The notes under the pieces were generated by a model. It did no database searches. It saw only the letters and a program-made list of their open reading frames with translations, and was not told where the DNA came from. Shown one piece after another: positions 41,301 through 57,866 of a stretch of DNA of 64,000 nucleotides (positions are counted from its first letter, which is position 1; each line of letters opens with the position of its first letter). The position numbers and the translations under genes are program-made. This DNA comes from Lingula anatina (taxonomy: Eukaryota; Animalia; Brachiopoda). The DNA lies in the NCBI GenBank assembly GCA_051362555.1, contig CM120640.1, forward strand, positions 69,480,788 through 69,544,787. Reading direction: 5' to 3'.

Positions 41301-44300
41301 TAGGGAGGCATACTGGGACTGGATGGCCGAGGTGATCTGGCTGACAACATCCGAGTGGTCTTTGATAAGACTGGCCTGAAAAGAGGTCATGGCATCTAAT
41401 TTGGGAACATTTTACCCCCTAAGACAGCTACTTCACCACAAAAATGTATTCATCACTTTAAAGCTTAGAATCTCTATTTGGTGATCAACTTTTCACATCA
41501 TTTTTTACAAGATTACAAGACAATGACCTTTAAACTTCCCTGTGGTAAAATCCCTTGATACTTTCTATGTAACAAATAGCAAATACAGCAGTTGTGGACT
41601 TTTACTTCAGTTGTTCCAGAGATGTTGATCACTTCTGAGAGTTCCCTTACCTGATATGATGACATTGCTGATGCTGGGTCTGTCAATTGCTAAAATAAGG
41701 AAAAATTACATTTCACTCACTGAAAAAAATTACCCTCTTTGTCAAAATTGGACGATACTTAGCATGCATAGTCAACAAATGCCCCCATTTATTCCTAAAG
41801 GACAGTAAACTTTAACTATAGAAATGATAACTAGAACATAATTGGTAAGAACAACATCAAATATAGCCCAATGATTATGAATAAAGGTTAATTTATTTTT
41901 GCCATTTTTTCTTGAAATATGTTTTTTATCATGTAACAGTTCACATCATCAATTCAAGACTTGCTTTTACAAAGTGGTAGGGAGAAAAATGCAACACTTC
42001 AATAGCTGATATTAGTAAAATCAACATGATAATAATCAATGACTGAGAGTTAAGTCTGTGTAAATCATTCTACAACAATGTAAAACAAAACCATGATTCT
42101 AAAGTCCATAGTTTCATAATTACTTCATATGGTTTTTTGTTGTTTTTCATTACAGACAGTAATATGCAAAATTAAATTACAATTAGAATGCACTAATGCA
42201 GATACTACTACTACTACTACTAACAGAAAGATAAAATAAATAATATACCCATGTTTAGCTCACCTTTAGTGGCTAGAAATGAAAAAAAGAAAACGACAAC
42301 AAACATTAGTATCTAAAGCTCCAAGATCATTAATAAAAGCATGTGATAGAACTAGGTTTAACTAAATAATGTGACTAGATATGTAACTGTTACACTTATT
42401 CAAAAAGAAAACACACACTACTGTAATGATAAGTGAAAGAATTGTTGATAAATGTGAAGAAAGCCCTACATCATGCACCTCTATTTTAGACTAATATGCA
42501 ATGCAATATCAAGAAACAATTAATTTTGAGTATGATAAAATACACAACAACAAAAGCAAAATCTATCATTCATCTTACCTCCATAATGGCTGGATCAAAA
42601 TATTTTTGATTTTCCCAAATTGTGAGTAACTAAAACAATATACATACTTATAAAATTATGGCAAAGTATCCAGTTTCTTTTATCCAGTCATGACAAAACT
42701 TGCCAGCTTCTGGCAAAATACAAAGTAAAGGTGAAGTCTTGCTTGCAATTTTGATCATATAATTTGGACATTATACGGTTTACAAATTATCTTTTAAAAA
42801 CTTTTATCAGGAAATAAATATCATAAATACCCCACTGTCTCACCTTAGTTAATTTCTGCTGTTTCTCACTATCTATTCCATTGTGTGCAGCACAGAATAT
42901 GGGGGTTACAACTGATTCAATGGATTTCTTTAACTCTTCAGCATTTTTTCGAGCACTAAGTCAAAGATATAAAACACTGGTAATATTTCCATGTTTACTA
43001 AGGGTATGATAAATAAAAATATAGTTTGCAGTGATTTTATAATTGCTTCTTTAATTTACGATACTGAGCATCACTTATAGAACTCTATTTTACAACTGGT
43101 TATTAGAAAAACTAGACACAAAGTTGAAAAACAATATGTACTGCCAATTGATAAATCTTTTAATGTTCTACTTAAAAACTAAAATAACCTACCAATGGTG
43201 CAGCACATCATTAATCAAATAAATAAGGTACAAGCGGCACTCAAACGTGGCATTCTTGTCTGTTATCCTAAAATCAAACAAATGTGTTGACAACCTTAAC
43301 AGGACATTTTTCAAAATATTTTATTGACATCGGGTTAATATTCCACTCAACGTTTTGATGGCATTCTCATTCTCAATTTCTTTCATTTAAAAAATATTAC
43401 CTCTATCATAACTATCTAAATGTCAGAATCTAAGAGCATAATTGCATAAAACTGGGGTGGTCATTTATTCAGTCTAACAATGACCAAAGTCTTATTTTTG
43501 TTCTAAATTTTCTTTTATAATTGTGAATTCAAATAATCACCTCTTCAATAAGTATAATGATATAAGGTCAGCATGTGCTTTTGAAGTGTTGTGGACAAAA
43601 ATCCAATTTTTCCCAGCCTGCAAAATTAAAAACCATTTAATATAAAAACATTCCCATAAAGACACAAATTAAATCATCTCCCTCTGCAATATTGATGTTT
43701 TAAGCATGGACATACTAGACCTGCTATAATATACATTTTAATCTGTAGTTAAAGAGAAGAAAGCTACAAAACTATATGTAAAATGCAATTTATTTTATGT
43801 CACGATTACAGGAGAAAAGATAACTAGATATTACTAAGTAGAGAAATTAGGTCATTTAATAACACATTGTTACTGCTGAGGTTGGTATTTGGAAGCCTAC
43901 TCACAGATATAGCATCCTTTGTACAGGATTCAATGACAGGGGTGACAATCTTGTCCAGGTCCTCCAGTCTGATATCACACTCGCGGCTCAACTGGAGGAG
44001 CGTCTCATCACGAGACTGCTGGATAGCGTCCTCTATCTGCATCTGGAAATACAACACAAGTTAACCAATTAAAAAATCTGATATAAATTAGAGTTCTTCA
44101 TGTTTGTATCGTATTGTAGTTGCGATGAACTGTGATGACCTGTAACTGCAATGTTCAAGATACAATAACATTTCAAATAACTGCAGGAATTATCTCTCAG
44201 TGCATCAACATTCTATCAACTATTGATCAATCTACACAGAAGATCCAATATCACAGATGAAAGATTGTTTACAAAAATTCTCAAAATGCAAGCACTGAAG

Positions 44301-45668
44301 AAGCACAGCACTATATATGGGGTTTGGAGAGCTTTAAAAATACAACACTCAAATATCCAGTTTTCAGGATAAAGAGAACAGACTACCATCTCTTCAATAT
44401 TAACTTTTCAATGGACATATATTCTTCTGTCCTGTCCATAACCAACCTGTTGCTGTTGTATAAGACTCTGGTACTGGGCAGCCAGGTTTTGTTCACTCTG
44501 CTTGATTTGTTCTTGAACATGCTGCTGCTGTTGCTGTATTTGCTGCATCAGCTGCTGTATCTGTGGTGATGGTTGGCCAGGCTGTGAAAGGGGCGGTGCC
44601 TGTTGTTGCCATGGTCCTGGTGGAATGACAGGAGGCGGGACAACTGGCAGAGACACCAGTGGTGGCACTATCATCTGTTGTTGCTGCTGCTGCTGTTGTT
44701 GTTGTTGGGCAAGTTTCTGCTTTTGTTGATTGATGACTGAATGGAAAAAATAAGACTGTAAAATTTTCTCACTACACACAGAGATGTGTCTGCCAAATTC
44801 CTGAGAAAATGATAACAACATTGAAATAAGTACATGTTTGGAAATACTGCACAAATCAAAGTTTCCCATTCATGTACCGTAACAGCACTATCTGAACAAT
44901 GTGTATTATGCACTGAAATGATGTACATGCATAAGGTATGCTGTAATAATCAGATTATTTCCAAGTTTCCTTTAAACTCACTTGCTTGCTCCGATGTAAC
45001 CCTGTATTGATAGTAGTTAAATAATTCTCCCCCAAAGAGAAAGGAGAACTTTGGATTGTCCTTCTGTTTATTTTTTGTCATATTTTCAAATTCTGGTCCA
45101 TTTCTTGCAACAAACTGTGCAAGCTTGTCTATGATATTTTTCAGGTCTTGATCTGGAAATATAATATGTACATATTATAAAATTACAATTTAAATAAGGC
45201 AATGAAACATTTTTCTGTTACAGCTTCAATCATTTTCAGCAATACCAAAATAAAGTCCATTCAATTATTACAAATCTAATTGAAATTATAGGACAAAACA
45301 TTAAGAAGATCTAACAGTAACAGTGAGCATTGGTTATAATAATGATAATCTATGTTGTCCTAATTTCTATTTTGCCTCAAACAGTGATTAATGACATGAA
45401 TTTCACGTTCAGTTGTTCTTGTAGTGTTGGTTACTGCAATGTGAAAGTAAGAATGTGGAAGTGTGAGTTACTGATAACTGATGACCGCAGAGCCAGTGCT
45501 GCTTCATTACTACTGTACATGTACAGTCCCATTTGGAGTTTTCACCGGGAAAAAAGCTTGATAACAAAAAGTCTAAATTAATTTATCTCTTTAACACAAC
45601 CTGCAATGTGGTTTCGTTTGTTAGTTCTCTTATCTGCATTTACCTTCAGGTGGCTTAGGTAAATCCAT
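38392..45668 (-). CDS. CHERP: Calcium homeostasis endoplasmic reticulum protein (CHERP/SCAF6; SURP, CID, RS, G-patch), ~781 aa, 18 coding exons
   Basis: Exons 45668-45644, 45152-44982, 44736-44447, 44042-43905, 43617-43541, 43267-43193, 42955-42844, 42629-42579, 41689-41651, 41375-41168, 40811-40768, 40570-40438, 40276-40080, 39920-39787, 39631-39419, 39143-38964, 38759-38686, 38576-38392. SURP IIDKLAQFVARNGPEFE. CID SCTKDAISAGKNW…LIYLINDVLHH. YFDLPAGLMAPLVK. EGWEKLGL. RS repeats. G-patch NKGHMLLKKMGWGGAGLG. Confidence 0.95.
42264..42272 (-). other. Candidate 9-nt alternative microexon of CHERP (Pro-Leu-Lys)
   Basis: Minus strand: TACTAAT branch point, pyrimidine tract, then TTTCTAG|CCACTAAAG|GTGAGC. 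Lies in a phase-0 intron, so inclusion preserves frame. Confidence 0.55.
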
Positions 45669-46379
45669 TTTCGGCGGATTTTCTTTCACGGGCTCACCAC
45701 TGTACACTGCAACCGGATGTGTCTGAGACCTGCGAGTGCAAAGCCTTATGGGAGTTTCCAGATACATTTTCAGTTTCGATGTTATTTTTCACCAAATATC
45801 TGTGAATTGGTTTCATTGATAACTAAGATATCTTTTGATCCCATTTCATTAAAAAAATTCATTTCATTAAAAAAATATTTACACAATGTATGATTATGAA
45901 AAATTGTTTTCGAAACTTCTGGAAAGATTGTGACATGTCTATTTCGGTGCGGATGGCGGATGTGGCGGGACGGCAAGTTATCAACAAAGCTCAGGTAGGT
46001 TGCTCAGTTTGACTCTGAAGATATATCTGATGCAGGTGCAAGCCCATGCATCAAGCAGTTGCAGCCTGCATTGCATCACGTCTGTTGTACGACGAAAAAA
46101 TACCTTTGCAACAGATGTTGCTGTAAATTTTGTTGAATGGTGCACAAAAATAAATAATGAGTCACGGAATATTCCCAGGATGTCAACAACTCGATAGCTC
46201 ATTGGTTCTTTCCAATAGGTAGTCATTTCATCAGATTCAGTTTTGTTTATGTTGATGACGTAGAGCTAGGGGGATTTTGTGGCGTGATGTGTTCAGAGTG
46301 TCGTTGAACAGCAGTGAGTAGGGAAGTTTTCTAGCAGGGCTCGTCGCTTTGACAGCAGCCAGTGCAAGGGAAAGGCAGG
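45669..46379. promoter_or_regulatory. Probable bidirectional promoter CHERP/MKNK and MKNK non-coding first exon
   Basis: CpG-richer segment with CCGGATGT (ETS-like), TGGCGGGA (E2F-like), ATTGCATCA (C/EBP-ATF-like), CCAAT, TCAGTT initiator-like (~46237) and TGACG. Plus-strand donor AGG|GTAAAT at 46380. Confidence 0.55.
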
Positions 46380-49300
46380 GTAAATAGATTACTTTTACCT
46401 ATTGTTCTGTGATGTTAGATTAAGTAGTTTTATATCAGCTTTTAATCCAGTAGAGCCATAAGTTACATGCAACTGAAATACAAGATTCACCTTCCTCTTT
46501 ATGGTTTCATTTGGAATGTACAGTAGTTGCATTATATCTGAAAATTGGCTAGCTCAGCAATTTGAAAATATGAATCAAAGCCCAATGTGTAGATATATCT
46601 ATTTAGGCAGCCTTATTAATATTATACTCAAATTGTGACATACTTGATATGTGATCCAGTAGTAGGTACAGTTGTAGTTGTACAGTTGTAGTGGTACTCA
46701 AACACTAGCATTAAGTTTAGTGGATCAGCATTTCAGTTACTAGTATTTGTGTTAAGGCAAATAGTACATACCATATATTGAAGTGCTAATGCATGAAAAT
46801 TTATGCTAATTCCACACCACCTCTTTATATATATGCAAAATTGTTTATTAGCTTCCTTGTCTTCCTAGAAAGGCAGTAAAGATATTTTATTTTAAAGGGA
46901 TAATAACTGTTAGTTTTGGCCAAAAAATGAATTTTCCCGGAGTAAACAACAATTTTCCAACACTTACCAGTGGTTAACAAATCCATTCAAAGTTAGTCCC
47001 TGTTTGGTTTTATGTTATAATCTCATGGTCATGTAGTCCGATGACAAGCTCAGATATCAGAATTAAAGCTATAACTGCCGTTTTTGTGGTAAAACAATAT
47101 ATTATATTTCTATGAGTTGTTTACAATGTTTTTATTGTGAATTATAGATCTCATACGAAGAGTTAATATCACCAAGGTACATTACAAAGTATGGAGTATA
47201 GTATATATATCTTTCTACCAGCCCAGTTTTATGGACATTTATGCTCCAGATCTTATCAGTTAGAGAGTTGGCCGGTATATTATTATTTGACCCATCAACA
47301 AGTGATGTCCACAAGGGTGGAGTTCTCCTTAGCTTTCACTATCAGTGACCAGAGAGAGAGAGAGAGAGAGAGAGAAAATAACACTTGATGTGTTTTTTCC
47401 TATTGCAGTAATTACTAGTTTGTTTTTGTTTTTTTTTCAATGAGAGAAATTTGTGAATTTTACAGATACTGTATTTGTTAAGTCATAATTTCTTTAAACT
47501 TGTTAGAGCATCCCTGTTGAGCACTAGCAACAAAATTAATAAACAGGCTACTCCGTAGTTCCCTTCTGTGCAGTAAAAGCACCACAAATGCTATATAGAA
47601 ATGTGTTTTTTGTGATTATAAAATTATGTATCTGAAAATTGATATTTTTTGCCCATTGAAAAGACCGAGTAATTACCATAGCTTGATTCACCTACTGTAT
47701 GTTCCTGGAAACTGTAATGGAAGAAAAAATTGCATTGAGGAAGTATTGCCTGAATGTTTCCTGTACAGTAAAACATTCTCATCAACTCAGGCTATGAGAT
47801 TGCAAGATATGTGGCAACACTCCAGTCTTATACCATGTTGTACCTGCTACAATGTGATGATGTGGATGAGTAATTATAAATAAGCTACAGCGATCATTTG
47901 GATAACGTAACACTTACTGATTTACCTGGAAAATGTCTTAGGAATTCATATTACATAGCAACTCATTCCATGCAGTTGCTTTATTAAAGCTGTTATTTTA
48001 GTCCAAGTATAAAAATGTAGTTTTTGTTGATTTCTTATTGATTCAAAGTACATTGGTGTAAAATAAGTAAGAAAAATGACTATGTAGTTCATTATATAAG
48101 GACAAATCTACCAAAAGTTTGAAAGAATTCTCATTTGGTGCAAATTAAACTTCATTTCATTGTGGGAATGTTTGAACCTCCTAGCAACAACTAGATTTGC
48201 TACTGTTATTAGATATCAGGAATTGATATGATTATAAATTAAATCTACGGACATACTTTATGTAATTATCTCATATATAAATAATCTGCCCATGAATGTG
48301 TTTACAAAGTGTCTGTGCTCTACTTTGTAAGATATCAAAACCACAAATCAAAATGACTGTGTATCAGTTCCACTACCTCTCCCTCCCCTGTCATCCTAAC
48401 CCTGTCATTATTTTGATATTTAGTTTGATTATTACATATCTCACTTGTGTTCATTTGGAAAGTACTATGTTTCAATAGTAAGGGTATCACAGAGATATAA
48501 AACAGAGTTGAAGGTTCCTCCATTTAGCTGTTCCTGTTTTGACAGAACAGGTTTACCATCCACCCCCTACATTTTAGTGATATTAACACATGCGTGTACG
48601 TATAAATCACTGCAAGACAATAATAATATCTGCGTAGGTGCTTAATTCGTACATAGGAGTGTTTTTGTCAAGCTTTTTTTGCATTTCATGTCTTAGCTTC
48701 GTGAGCCTCTGAAGAAGACATTTAATCGACCCATCCTTTATTCCTCATGAGTGAATGTGGTCAAAACAATAACATAAATATTCATTGTTTACAAACATTG
48801 CTCTAAATACTCAAGATGCACATCATGATTTGGCCATTGACGTTTGCAATGTTACCACCCAGTGTGATGTAGTATGATCATGTGGTAAATGTGTTAATGT
48901 AGACTTGAAAAAAAAAATTAAGAAGTTAAACGGAGCAATTGCCTTGCAGAACTATAGTGATACAAGTAGACCATAACGCACATCTTTTTACTGTCCTTGA
49001 TGATGAATGAAGAATGTTGAAGGAGATGTTTTAAAATAAAAACATTTATGAAGGCTAATTTATCTGTTGAAGAAGAATCTGTACAGTACATGGGTTTTGT
49101 GAGAAATCAAAATCTGTTGTCCCCCAGCCAATCCTCAGTCATTACTTAAGAAGTGGTGGCTTCTGGTGCTACTGTACTGTAGGATTAATGTGTTGATCTA
49201 CAGAAAAAGGTCACCTCTGCCGAGTGCATGACGTGGTGCATACGTTAACGGCCCACAGCAGCTAGAGTTCCCAGAAAATACACTCGCTCTCCACACCTAA

Positions 49301-50233
49301 CTGGAAATGATGCCAGTAGTTTTATAGATATTATTTCTATATGCTGATAGTTGGGTCAGATATACTCCTAGTATGTGATGTACATGATATTTGTCATGCT
49401 GTCCTGGTTCTTTGTGTTGTTGGCATTGTAATTTAGACCAAGGCAGTATGCCAATTTAATGATGAAAGTTGAGTAAAATTTGCTCCTTTCTCCAACTTTG
49501 CCTTTCTCCACACTTTTTATATAACTTTTTCTTCTACTTTTTACAGTACGCAAAAGCACACATAATACAATCAATGACATATTAATTAAGTGGGAAACAC
49601 TAGCTCTATTGGATAGAGATATCTTAACTTGTACAATAGATACCATTGTTTTCCATCTCATTCATCACATGTATTATGGAATGGCATTTAGGTTATGTAT
49701 AGTAAAAGTTCGTAAACAGTGCTTCAGTTTCGTTCAAGGTGAGTGCGTTAAGTTTATTTTACACAGGCGCTCTTTCCTTGTGGCATTTTCTTCGTTGTCA
49801 GGTAAGAGAAATCTTAAATTTTTTGTCATCATTAAGATTTCTGCAATAATTTATATTTGTGTTCTGATAATAAGTGTTACATGTCAAGAAAATAAAAGCG
49901 TGGGGAGTCGCAGCTGTTCACAGCAGCCTGAAGTGCTAGAGACCATAGTAATAATTAATTGATTTATTAATTTATGATAAAATGTATCCTTTTTTCTTCG
50001 TATGTATTTGAAAGATGTACCATTGGAATTAAAATTCATATCCTAATATATATTTTATTGTTCACCTCAGTTAAACCAATGACTTTGTTTATCTGGATGC
50101 TCAGAGTGCTTTTTAAAAAGAAATCGGGTCAAATGTGCTGCCCATCCCCTTATGTGATTAGCCTGGTTTGTGGAGAAGTCCTTGTCCCAGGTATATCCTG
50201 GCCTTGATGAAGGTCATATTGAGCAGGTTCCTA

Positions 50234-50484
50234 CCCTGCACATATTTGTCTCACTTAACGTTCACTTACAGTTCTCAATCTATTCTAGAACTTTTGGTGT
50301 ATTTTTTTTACAGTTCTAATGTTGTTCTGTAATGAATGTAACAGCTTGAGAACTGTTTTTGGGAAGTCCTTTAGACTGTTTTAGAACAGATAAAGAACAT
50401 TTTTCATTAAAAGAGAAAAACATTACATTCTAGGAGAGATTGAGAACCGTAAGCGAGTGTTAAATGAGACAAATTTGCACAGGG
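50234..50484 (+). mobile_element. MITE-like element, family C, copy 1 (MKNK 5' intron)
   Basis: TIRs CCCTGCACATATTTGTCTCACTTAAC and GTTAAATGAGACAAATTTGCACAGGG. Second copy in inverted orientation at ~58246-58470. Confidence 0.8.
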
Positions 50485-53362
50485 GCTGTTCAACCCTCAC
50501 TGTGTACTACTACCTCTGTTTACTTCATGTGCCTTGTGCGTCAACCACTGGTAATGGGCCAGTACCTGAGGTGTTGACCCCACTACTGGGGGGTCTCTGA
50601 ACACCTGCCCACATCTCTGTTTACTAACCTAGATTTTTGGGCCTAATGGTGTGGTTTTTATGTCATTTTTTGCAAAGAGAAAAATTTATCTTCAACAACG
50701 AAATGATGCTTATCAGGAGAAAAAAATGATCCAACAAGAAAACTTAACAGTAATCATGTGTATGCCTCCAACTTATATTTAATGCATTACTTCTAAATAT
50801 TCAATGGGCTATCTAGCAGTTAAAAGATATTTATATATTTGTAACAGTTATATATGGTTGTAATTTGGTAAAGTCATCTTTATCTTATGTTAAAATGTGT
50901 ACAACATATTCAGAGATGGTTTGACTCTGATCTGGGCTTAGATTAGCTTCCTTTGTATAATCACTGTTATGAAATGGAAAAATAGCAAAATATGAGCTTA
51001 CAGCTGTTGTCTACAGTAAATACATATTGTCAAAGAACTATAAATAGCTTTAATTATATTCTTCAAACAACACCTGTTTGTTCTATTTTGTTTTTTAAAG
51101 CTTTTATGCCATGTTTACCAACAGTTCGATGGTGTTGTCAGATGACTCTGTGTCAGATCTTCGCCATCTAGTTCTGGTCTCTGGTTCATATATTATTAAA
51201 GGAAGAGATAGCACTGGCTGTAGCCTGCAGATTATGTGGCATTTGCATGTCTCGTCTCATTACTCTGTCCCAGTGACTGGCATCACAGCTCCTAGGGAGG
51301 AGGTACTCCTTATATAGTTGTTAGTGATCAGAACATTTGATAACTGGTACGCACTGTGACAAATAAATTTCATGAGATTAGGCTTACTCATTATCGTAGG
51401 GATGGGGATAAAAAGATCCTGACTTCATGGGGTAATGACTGTTGGGTTGGGGTGCTGAGAGAGAACTACACCACGTCAGTGTGGGGACAGGGATAACAGG
51501 AAATCTGTCATTTTTTACACACAGATTTTATTTTTTCCTTGGATCTGTCTTTTTGCATAACTTAGGATTAGGAATACCTTTGTGTGTATATTATACATCC
51601 TGGAAAATGACCAAAGATACGGTAGGGGGATTTTTGTTATGATTTATGAAATTTATAAAGTAAAGATATTGTTACAAGTATAGGCATAAAATACAATTAT
51701 AAGATCACTTGTTTATGAAAAACACATAAAAATAGGTAACTTGTATTAAATTGAGAAATATAATTTGACATTTATGTATTCAGGTCTCGAGAGTTTTGTT
51801 ATTTTGGCCTCCAAAAATAGTAAAATCAGAAGTGCCTGTTAAGTATGAAGAATAGGACACTTGTGAAGCTCTTCTCAGAAAACCTTAAATAATTCTATTC
51901 AAATACAGTTTGTTGCCTAGGTAAAATCCTAGCTTGCTGAAAATATTACTGTACTTGAATTGGTGAACTATATCTTACTGTCATTCTAAATCATGAAAGA
52001 TGTGTTGCATGTTATTGGAATTAGTTTTCTTATCCATTCAGTGCACCTGAAGGCTTTGTTATTAATATTTTTGTCATTTTTGTGGGAAGGATTAATTTAT
52101 TTTTTTGTTTCCAGACCTTTTCTTTTTTCGTTAGTTGCATAATGTCAAAGGATTGTGCACTTGTAAACTGTCAAAAGATAAAAGTAAATTGAATTAATCT
52201 CAGTGACCTCATATATATATCCTGACTACACACTGTCAGTCCCACTGATATTATGAAAAAGAACGTCAGGTATTGTTATTGCAGTGGTGGCATGTCCCAT
52301 CATCTTAGTGCATACCGTTTCATCTCTTTCTCTTTATATATTAAGTTATCAAGCTTATTCACATCACAATTAAATCTGATAGGACTGCCCACATAATTAA
52401 TGGCCTTACTAATCACCCGAAACGGTTCTTGCTCTATGTTGTGTACTTCTCCCCCCCCTTTCCACCCCCCTCTCTGCCATATTGATAAGCATGAATGTGA
52501 ATGTCATTCACAGAGACATTACTGTTGGTTTGACGCAGTCATCTAATGTGTTTCACCCTGTGCCTGTCACCTCATGGTCTAGGTCACCCCTCTCCCCCAT
52601 CAGTACACTTGACTTCATGGGACAAGCCTGGAATGGCACACTGTCATTCTATATCTAGCAATAATGAATAATTCTATATAGAAATCCATTCATCATCTTC
52701 ATCAGGGGACCCATTTCTCTTAGTGTGGCACTTGTCTTTACTGTGATGGTTGATTTATAAATATGGCCAAATTTTCATTGGATTACTAGTAAGCTGTTAA
52801 GCGTGTAGTTAAAGACTGATATTTTACCACAGGGCAACATTTTGCTCCAACTTCAGAGGTGCTCTAGGAATGTTACAGGCAGCTGGTATAACTTTCCTAA
52901 AAGAGTTGCTGTTGTATTATATATTGTGATTGTTTTAGATCTATCTGTGGTAATTAAGCAATTTAACTGTCTGCGAGGACTTTTTCAAATTCACCAACGA
53001 TGTCTTACACAATACAGTTTGTAATGCAATAGTTTTATATGTGAATGCTGTTTGGTACATTATATTAATTGAAGAAAAACATTAGGACAGGAATAAATGT
53101 ATACTAGTACATATATATTTATATATAGATGCGAACAGAAATAGTAGCGAAGATTCAGGAATGTTTTGTGTCAATAGTTGTTCTCCATGGGTGTGAACTG
53201 CATAATAATACTATGATACCTGGTGCAGTGAACTTTAGCCACATGCATTAAGGTACTGTGGAGTTGAGAAAATACATGACCTCCAGACTGTCTTGTTTCT
53301 TCTGCTAGATTGGAGAGACAAGAACAAGAAGTTGTGCGTCCCCACAACCCCCAAACAGCCTG

Positions 53363-57333
<3,971 letters not shown>

Positions 57334-57866
57334 TGATTATTTATGATTCTTTTATTTTGACTGCATAGATTTTGTTCATAAAGGTCACAATTTTGTAGTA
57401 TTCCCATACAATGGCATAGAAACAATTTATGGCCATGTATGTTTTAGCTTGGAAAAATGACAAAATGTTTATGGAAACCACTTAATAAATGTATCTTTAG
57501 AGACCACTTTAAATGGTCTAGAACCTCGGGTTTTTGTTTAATAGATAAAAAGAATTGGATTTGAGCCCTTTTGACAGTTTGTCAATATAAAGTTGACTAA
57601 TTTTTAATCAAGAACATATCTTGCGAAGCATTACACAGTGTAACTCGCATGCAGAGAGGCCTTGGGCCACTTTCTGGCTTGTTGTGTTTGGCATTTGACG
57701 TTATGCTGGAGGTTTATTTTGCAAAAGTCCTCCTCCTTAGACATGTTCAGTTATGTAGAATGGTCTGTGTTGATAGTAAAACTACCCTGTTTCAGCCCGA
57801 GTCTATATTCTCATCCAGTGAAAGGTTCTGTTATTGATTTATTTCTTGGACTGTGGGGTTTTCATA

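Noticed and set aside
46380-53308. Short ORFs in the long MKNK 5' region as a hidden gene
   Set aside because: Low-complexity, Ile/Phe/Tyr-rich translations typical of AT-rich non-coding DNA. No consistent exon chain was found.
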